Under the pieces are notes generated by a model. That model saw only the letters and a program-made list of their open reading frames with translations. It did not search any database and was not told where the DNA came from. From Schizochytrium sp. TIO01 (taxonomy: Eukaryota; Protista; Bigyra: Labyrinthulomycetes), in assembly GCA_004764695.1 (NCBI GenBank), contig SMSO01000032.1, positions 2,976,001 through 3,040,000 of the forward strand: a stretch of 64,000 bases of DNA. Reading direction: 5' to 3'. The first letter of the stretch is position 1. Each line of letters opens with the position of its first letter. Of this stretch, positions 56,435-64,000 are shown in pieces. The position numbers and the translations under genes are program-made.

Positions 56435-57330
56435 GGTAGGATAGCTTGATTAGAAGCGCCAAGGCGATTGTCTGGGGCTGGGCCCACGGCTTTGACGTTG
56501 TAGTTGGCAGGGCGAGAAAGTGTAGTTCACGTAAGAAATCGTCGATCTGCTAGCTCAAAAGTACGGACGCTACCCCCACAATTTCGAAGCGCGGCCCTCC
56601 GATTGCCACTCCCTTGAAAAGGGATCGTGCAGGTTCTGTTGCGATTCTGCTTTGCTCTTGCTAGAGGCTTTATTCACGAAATGACCTTGGACAAGCCCGT
56701 CAAATCAATGCTATTTGCTAAGCCGTTACACCATCGGAGAAACCAGCAATACTTAATCCGATGTATAGTTGATAGATGGAAGCAGGGCACTCGTTCCACT
56801 GGAGTGAAAATTATGGCTACCTAGTACTACCATCCCAGCCAGAGCAGATCTGCGTTTTTTAAAACAAGATTGTCCGCATCGAAGCAGAGCAGCTCGTCAC
56901 AAGCTCTTTGGTCGACTCGGCTGCTGATCAGTTGTCGTTGACTGTTTGTTTTGGTATATCTTTCTTTATCGCGATGGATAGCTCTCATTTCGAATGTAAA
57001 AATAAGAGATATTTATGTTTTGGCCGCCTCCATCACTCATCGGTGATCCTACTTTATTTGGGTATGAAAACTCCAATCGTTGTAGCGCCTCTTTCATGTA
57101 GAGGTAAATACTGCGTAGTATCTACTAGCAAATATCAACGTTTCTCCTAAGACCCATGGTGGTATAGAACCTCTTAATGAGCACTAAGCAAGGAGGCCTT
57201 TTCGCTGCTTACCAACTTCAAAAAACTTTGCGCGCCTGACCAAAAGCAGTGCAAAACAAGGTCTAGGAACTTAAGAGCTCTCACGACCCAGCAAAGAAAA
57301 AAGGCCGCGACTCAAGCTGGGTTCGTGAAG

Positions 57331-57846
57331 ATGGTGAAGTTGAGATGGCCAGGCCTGAGCAAACAAGGCGTGATTCAGTTTTGTGCAGCGATTCACTTGA
57401 CTGTGTCTAGCTCAATCATCATCTTTGGTATTGGTGTACCACCTATCTGGCAAGGCTTGTTGGGCGTTGTAGCTGCTATGGAGGGTCACTTCGGTATTAT
57501 TCAGGGTCAAATGCGACGTGTATTTATTTTCCTCATCGCCCTGGTACTTAATGTCGCTCTGGGATTCCTCCTTGGTATGCTTGCTCTCGAGAAACAGACA
57601 TATTCTGAATGTGAGACGCAGTTTCAAGGCCAAGCTGTTCGCAAGGAGCAAAATTTTACTTTTACATTCACAGGTGTCGTGCAAAATTGTGCTTTTTCGT
57701 ATAAAATGTATGCGTTTGTACAATTTGGCACAGGAGTCATTAGTTTTGCTTGCTTGCTATTGTCTACTATTGCCTATGTTTCTCTTCTTCGCAAGCGTAG
57801 CTCTCGCGCTATAAATGCGGAGACATTCCTGTTCTCTGCCGAATAG
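57331..57846 (+). CDS. Small four-transmembrane protein (tetraspanin/MS4A-like topology)
   Basis: Four hydrophobic helices; the TM3-TM4 loop has two Cys and an NFT sequon; basic RKR after TM4. First ATG at 57331. Confidence 0.72.
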   Translation: MVKLRWPGLSKQGVIQFCAAIHLTVSSSIIIFGIGVPPIWQGLLGVVAAMEGHFGIIQGQMRRVFIFLIALVLNVALGFLLGMLALEKQTYSECETQFQGQAVRKEQNFTFTFTGVVQNCAFSYKMYAFVQFGTGVISFACLLLSTIAYVSLLRKRSSRAINAETFLFSAE

Positions 57847-58444
57847 AGCCACGTTTACCTTCTTTATAAATTTTACATCCAGGTATTACTTGCATCTATT
57901 ACTTCGGGAGACGTAGATAGGCTCTCCGAGTGGTCTTTTACTTTCATTGTATGGAGAGAAGGGGGGGGGGGATCATCTTTAAACCATAGGGAAGGGGTTA
58001 TCCCCAAAGAACACGTAATGGGCATTATGCGAGAAAGGCCACTTTGAAAAATTGTGTAGTATATTAATCTTTGATTTTTAAAACAATCTCTGCTCTTAGT
58101 TCTCTTAGTTATTTTGTATTAATTCTAAATCGACGTTAACTCCAATATTGATTCTAAATTCAACTCGACTTTGCTTTGCTGTTAGCAGAAAAAACCAACA
58201 CGGGAGATCACACTTGCTCAAATCGTGGTGGTATCAATCGCCGGGAATCTTCCTGCATAGATGTGATAGCTGTAAATGCTACGCATCAGGACTCCACCAA
58301 ATGCCACCATAAGATAAAAGTTCCAGGTTCTGTTTGTTGGTGACGCGTACGCTATCTCCTAATTAAAAGGGGCTAGTCCTACGCCTTTCCCATACGCTTA
58401 GCATGATTTCTCTTGAATGTAGTGCATCTACGAGCTATGATGCA

Positions 58445-59702
58445 CTAGAGCTTTTCCCTCTTGTGAAGCAGGCGCATTAAGAGAAAGGCACCGACACCGA
58501 AGCCAAGCCCTAGAAGGTGACCTGAAGATGATTAAGTTTATGAGGAAGATATTGAGATGTAAAAAAATGTTAGTCCCTCCCTTCAACCTTATGCCACGTT
58601 AGTGGCAAACAAGCAAGCAAGTAAGCAAGCAAAGTAACATCTTGGGCAGGCATACACATTATAGAAACGTACCAGCATGATCTAAGCCATCTGCTCCACC
58701 TTCATAGAAGAGGCGAATTTCTTGTGCAATCATGTTCAGTGAAAAATAAGTTGAAATGATATGAGAAGACATCTGAAGAGCCACTTCGTCAGTCGGCCGC
58801 TCGTACTTGGGACGGCGGAACATGTTCAAAACTGCCTCAGCGGATAGACAAAGATCAACGCCCAAAAGTGCACAACAACCGGTGCTACATCCGACGTAGT
58901 CTGTGAGATATGACATAATTGGTGAAAGAATGTCGGTGCTAAGTTCCACACCCTTTTTAATTGCTGAAGAGAATAAGTTGCTCTCATTACCAGCTGCCCA
59001 TGATTGAAGACCTGGGAGAATAGACGAAGAGAGTGCGTTTCTCTGTTGTGTACTCTTGGCTAGAGAAAGGATAGTGTGTTGTGTATTAAAAGGCCAAAAG
59101 AGAGTAAATTTAAACTCAGCCGAGTTGTGATGTTGGGCATTTACATTAAAGAGTTAGTTCACAGTGGATAACGCAGAAGCATAATTTCCTCATTGATGGC
59201 TCAAATGAGCATGCTCTCGTTTCCAGATGAGACGAGGGCCTTGACATGATAAATGCTTACTTACTTTTGGCAATGTCCAAGGAGCCCACCACACAACCTC
59301 CAAAGAAAGTAAACCAGAGTCCAAGGTTACCAAATGCACGCTGCACAGAGATGCTGCTAGGAATAAGCATCTGGAGGTTGTTCATAAGGTGCGTTTCGTT
59401 GAGATGAATAAAGGCATAAGTAAATCTTGTCCACCAGCGCCCTGCATTTAAATTTCGAGTCGAGTAAATCATGTTGCGCTGGACCCACTCAATGTCTACT
59501 GCTAAAGTCCAAGGTTTGCGAGGGTCGAGGCCCTGGAGCTCCGTCACCGTTGGCATGGTGAGCAGTGGCACCACAATGGGCGCTAAACCCATAACCTGTT
59601 GAAGTGACAACAATGCGCATGCCGTCTTTCAAGGTCAGAATCGAAGCTACTCTTTTAAAATAGTAAGTAAACATTTGCAACAGGTCAACTCACCAGAGAC
59701 AT
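58445..59702 (-). CDS. Rhomboid-family intramembrane serine protease; probable exons 59702-59694, 59595-59265, 59059 (or 59011)-58673, 58521-58445
   Basis: GRWWTRFTYAFIHLNETHLMNN (HxxxxHxxxN), VGCSTG (catalytic Ser), LDHAGHLLG across the last splice junction (catalytic His). All donors are GT and phases are compatible. Exon 1 and the exon 3 acceptor are uncertain. Confidence 0.8.
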
Positions 59703-60010
59703 GCTTGCTTGTAGAGCTTATCCTACAAGCTACAAGAGTGTTGGTGAATGTGTTGTATGGTTTTCCAAACCAGCCTATAGTATATTTTGCAATTTCGATG
59801 TTGTCTGAGCAGTTAACTTTAAAAAATAAAGAGGAGCGACTTTATATAACCATTTATCCAGGCTAGTAGAAAGTACTAGTCCAACATTATAGGGCTAGCA
59901 GCTGCACACTATCAATCCTAGCACTGCCAGGTTCTAATTTAGACATCCTTCGTTTGTATCTAAATTCAAATAGGTCGAGCTAGCTAAAGTACTTTCTTCA
60001 AGAGTATCAT

Positions 60011-60040
60011 CTACCTACCTACCTACCTACCTACCTACCT
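60011..60040. repeat. (CTAC)n microsatellite
   Basis: Read directly. Confidence 0.9.
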
Positions 60041-62247
60041 AGTACTGGAGGTTTCTGAGAAAATAAATAAAATTTTAAATACGCGTAGACCTATTTAAAT
60101 ACCTACCTAGTATTAGAGAATATCTATTAAAATACGTATTGTCGATAAAACCAGCTAGTACTCTCACTAGCCAGAAACTAAAAAACTACAGTCCTATGGT
60201 TACTATAGTACTCACGAAGCGATGCAAAATAGCGCAAAGCAGAACCCAAAAGCTACAAGTAAATGGTTGAAAGGGGACGCGGGCTTGAACTGGACATGGA
60301 CCTTGTTGCAAACAAATTTTATAACCTCGTGTCTAGAGCTACCCTAGTTACCAAAACCTCACAAAGAAGCTTGTGTGCGAACCGTTGCAGGTTTTGCCAA
60401 GTAGTTCCACTGCTATAAAGCACATGGTTGAGTGTTTGCAAAAATGGAAAACAACAAAATTGGAGATGGACCAACATCACAGCACCTGGATGCTTCATAT
60501 TGCACAGCAGGGGTGGGCAGCCACTACAACAGTGTCATAGAACCTGAAGACGACTAATTTGCTCCACATCCCCGTCCCATTCGCACATTCGAAATCGCTC
60601 TAAGCTTTAACGGTCTTAAGAATGAACAGAATTCGTGCGCATCCTACGTATCTCCAAAGATACGAGATTTAGAGACAATGACACAAGGTGGACGCACCTT
60701 CTTGCAATTCGATTGTTCCACTGCCTTGCAGCTGTTGGCGCAGCTGAACGCATACAGAAAATGTTTGCTGTGTGCTGCCCAGCAGTAAGGGAGGCCTTTG
60801 TATCAGGTGAAAAGCTTCATTGTACGCTTGTGGTTACTTGTGCTGAGAGGGATGAAAGTTTGGCGCGATTAACTGAGACAGTCCAGAACCTAGGCCTACC
60901 TTAATTTTTAGACAAAGCTCTCTTCTCGAATAAGCTATCATTTTTCGCCTCTGGGAAAGTTATTTTTCTCCAAACTGACCTTCAAAGGGACTCTCTCATG
61001 CGCCTTACTAAGTCTCAGAACGAACAACTTTATATCACAGTCTTCAATTTGTCAAAATATTGTTTCAACCTCGTGTGGTTTTATCCAAGATGAGTAAAGT
61101 ACCTCGCCGGACGGAGGAAAGAAAAATTGCTTGCCTCTTCTTTGAAGCTTTGACTGGTGGAATTTAATCTATCTAACAACTCACTTTAATCGAGATCGAA
61201 CGGCTGGTACAAACTATTTGTTTGAGGCTAACGTCACTCTTTAAGTAGAACAATTGCATCGTGGGTTAATTGGTCAACATGACAACCTTGGCTGGAAGCC
61301 GGAACACCCAACATCTATTCGGTCAATAGAATTGTGTTCGATTATGGGTCGACCCAGAACAGATGGGTTTTACAGAGTGTACAGCTCTAAATCGATCCCT
61401 TTGATATTAAAATCCTCGACTTGAGATTACTTATCAGTGCTATTGTAATGCTGGCTTGTATGTCTCGTTATTACCAAGTAAGGTATATAAAACTTCATTT
61501 GGCCTTACATGCATTTCCACGCTTAGTCTCATTAAGTCTCTGATGTCTGGCTAGCCAAACTTTGAATTCACCTCTCTGCTAATAGTGGGGGGAAGAGATG
61601 GTTCTGTTTAAATTGTAAAATTGGCTTCTAAAAGTTTGAAGTGCATCAAGGGCATTTATACAACGTGCGAATAGTTAGATGCCCAAGGTTAATACCTACC
61701 TCAACCTTGTCACACAAAACTTAAACGTACCATCGCTTTCCTGATTGAGGCAATAGAGAAACCTCTTGAAGTCAACACTGCTTACACTATCATTGCATTT
61801 CAGTAGACTAGACAGTTCTCCATGTTCGTGTATGTGTTCTTCAAAGATTTCGATATCTCTTGTTTAACCTGGTCTTCACTCTCGCATTTTCTTAATTCAA
61901 TTTCTTGTGAACAAGCCATCGTATGTTTTTTTATGAAGAATGAGATAGTCATGACAAGCACGAAGATTCGAACAGCATTTCATCATATTCTATGCAAAGA
62001 ACGCATTTATAACCTCAGTTCCTTTCTTGGGCCACCTACATCTGTGTTTTTGTTTTTTCTACTTTTTTCTTTTCTTTTTTTTCAAAATAAATAAATAAGA
62101 ATAATATAATAAAATAGGTGTTTTCCTTTGGCTTTTTGCAAGTTAACCATCGCTCAGACATCTTGTAATAATCCAGTTTAGCGTGCCCTCGCAAAAATCA
62201 TATGCAATCTGATACGGAAAGGATACGCACGCAAGTTGCCTGCGCCA

Positions 62248-64000
62248 ATGGCCCATTGTAAAGATACAGAAGACGAATCATGGCTTGATACCTTTGACTG
62301 GGCTGAGCTTGAGCGGAAAGCACTAGAAAAGAGGGAATCGCGAACTGCTGCTGCTGCTTCTTCGCCTATCTCCTCTGCTGTGGAACATGGACTTGCAAAG
62401 GGTTACGACAGCTATCGACAACACGGTGAAGGAAAAAGATTTTCTGATAAGGGACACAAACAATGCTTTGAGTCATCTCAAACCAGTCACGAGAGCCTGC
62501 TGAAAGAGGACTCATCCCAGTCTACCTTGAGTGAGACTGGCTTACAAGATGAGCGTCATTATAACCATGACTTCATAAACAGGGACGGTTCTAATGCAAA
62601 GCTTGACTTTCAAAATGCTTGCGTTGTACACCCTTTTAGTAAAAGAGTCCAAGGCTCCCGTCGAAAGGGAGAACGCGAAATCGGTCCAAGAGGAAGGACT
62701 TCATCACCAATTCCTTTCTCTCTGGAAGTTCTCTCTGGGAGCTCTGGCCAATCAGCAACATATCAGATCGACGATACTTTGCATAGAACCAGCAATGAGA
62801 CGTTTCAAGGAATAACTAATCTTGTCGAGAGCAAACAATATACTTCCGGAGCGAGCAAAAGTGCGGCATCGTCTGGTGCGAAGTTACATGATGGGACCGT
62901 CGTCAGCAGAGTCGAAGATGATTCATTTCAAACTGCTACTAAGTTACCACACTGCGAACACGAGCAACAAAAAGAACCATGTCGTTCAATCACTTGTTGT
63001 AACTCAATTTCTTTTCAGAGCGATGATTTGGAGCGATACAAAGGAGTAGACATTAGCAATCGTGTAGACCCTAAATGTGGAGTTGCGCCACCTTATAATG
63101 GAGAGCCAAACCGTACAGGATTGAGTCGTCAGGATGCACTGCCAAAAAGGATACAAGTGACAAACCCCAAGGAAAAAACTAACACAAACCAAGTGGATAA
63201 GAATACCACAAATATAAACCCAGATAAAAAAGCAGGCACCGCCCAGTTAGACCCTGGCACGTCCAAAAGCTTCTACAAACCCGTCGAAAACTCAAGTATG
63301 GGTGTTCACAATAATTTGCCACATCAATCTGCGGTTTCAAATTTTACATCAATGCTTGAAGAGCATAAGCCCCATGCATTTTATCCCAACCGAACTTCTC
63401 CAACGAAAAAGCGCCTTGAGCAAGTAAGGGATTCCCTTTTCAATTGGTTGGCCTTGAACCAGTCCCAAGAAAATAAAGAAAATAACTCACCACAAACGAA
63501 TAGCCATGCCTATGACAATGGTGTGATCAAGTCCACTCAGCACATGACAGCGCATGTCGAAGGCCCTTCTTACTACGGACCGGGTGTTCCAAATGACAGA
63601 GGCAGTGCTGTGAATACAAACCCTCCAGCCCCTGCCCAACGCATCTTGGGCTTACCTGCAGTATCCTCAAAACCCGGGTTGTTGGCTTCTAAAGCTGTTA
63701 TGAGTGGTGGTGGTGATGGTGGCCAAGGAAAGATTGATCCAAAGACTATTCATCTCCCATCGCGAGCGCCACCCTGGGGCTGCTCGCTTTCGCAGTTACA
63801 TAATCTTGAAAGTTTTCGCCAAGAGTCTTCGACCCCGCGTAATACATCTCTAAACAAAACTGCAAAGCCAAACTTTAAGGCCGTTGCCTTATCATCGCTG
63901 GTCTCGGATACTTGTGTTGAGGGAGATGCATTTGAGTTATTTTGCACATCTTGTTTGAGTTGTATAGATGATAAAACCTCCCGAAACTACGGAGAGCTCA
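62248..64000 (+). CDS. 5' part of a large hypothetical protein, truncated by the window end (>=584 codons, mostly disordered)
   Basis: Manual translation from the ATG at 62248 (MAHCKDTEDESWLDTFDWAELERKALEKR...) shows no stop to 64000; absent from the ORF track because no stop lies in the window. Confidence 0.85.
   Translation, partial: MAHCKDTEDESWLDTFDWAELERKALEKRESRTAAAASSPISSAVEHGLAKGYDSYRQHGEGKRFSDKGHKQCFESSQTSHESLLKEDSSQSTLSETGLQDERHYNHDFINRDGSNAKLDFQNACVVHPFSKRVQGSRRKGEREIGPRGRTSSPIPFSLEVLSGSSGQSATYQIDDTLHRTSNETFQGITNLVESKQYTSGASKSAASSGAKLHDGTVVSRVEDDSFQTATKLPHCEHEQQKEPCRSITCCNSISFQSDDLERYKGVDISNRVDPKCGVAPPYNGEPNRTGLSRQDALPKRIQVTNPKEKTNTNQVDKNTTNINPDKKAGTAQLDPGTSKSFYKPVENSSMGVHNNLPHQSAVSNFTSMLEEHKPHAFYPNRTSPTKKRLEQVRDSLFNWLALNQSQENKENNSPQTNSHAYDNGVIKSTQHMTAHVEGPSYYGPGVPNDRGSAVNTNPPAPAQRILGLPAVSSKPGLLASKAVMSGGGDGGQGKIDPKTIHLPSRAPPWGCSLSQLHNLESFRQESSTPRNTSLNKTAKPNFKAVALSSLVSDTCVEGDAFELFCTSCLSCIDDKTSRNYGEL

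Noticed and set aside
60272-60305. GTTCAAG on the minus strand as a tRNA T-loop
   Set aside because: Flanks do not pair into a T-stem and no cloverleaf forms.

Overview
Eukaryotic nuclear DNA with GT-AG introns, long mostly intronless genes and microsatellite-rich AT-rich spacers. Gene style and repeat types suggest a stramenopile protist, most likely a thraustochytrid/labyrinthulomycete; this is inference only. Supported genes in order: a Myb/SANT-like putative transcription factor (+), a 2025-aa myosin (-), UDP-sugar pyrophosphorylase (+), a fatty acid hydroxylase/sterol desaturase family protein (-), then a ~12.5-kb gene-poor stretch, an IQ + Sfi1-repeat protein (+), the 4-exon meiotic recombinase DMC1 (+), a decayed piggyBac-like transposase (-), 3-exon NDUFS8 (+), eIF5B (+), an F-box-like/RCC1/C-terminal TM protein (+), a NuSAP-like protein (-), a small 4-TM protein (+), a 4-exon rhomboid (-), and a >580-codon ORF running off the right edge that the ORF track misses. 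The most interesting signals are a NuSAP-like spindle protein outside animals, an intact DMC1 preceded by a dense cluster of CHR-like TTCAAA motifs, and a local grouping of division/meiosis/centriole genes. No rRNA, tRNA or CRISPR array could be supported. I found no unambiguous new multi-gene system.
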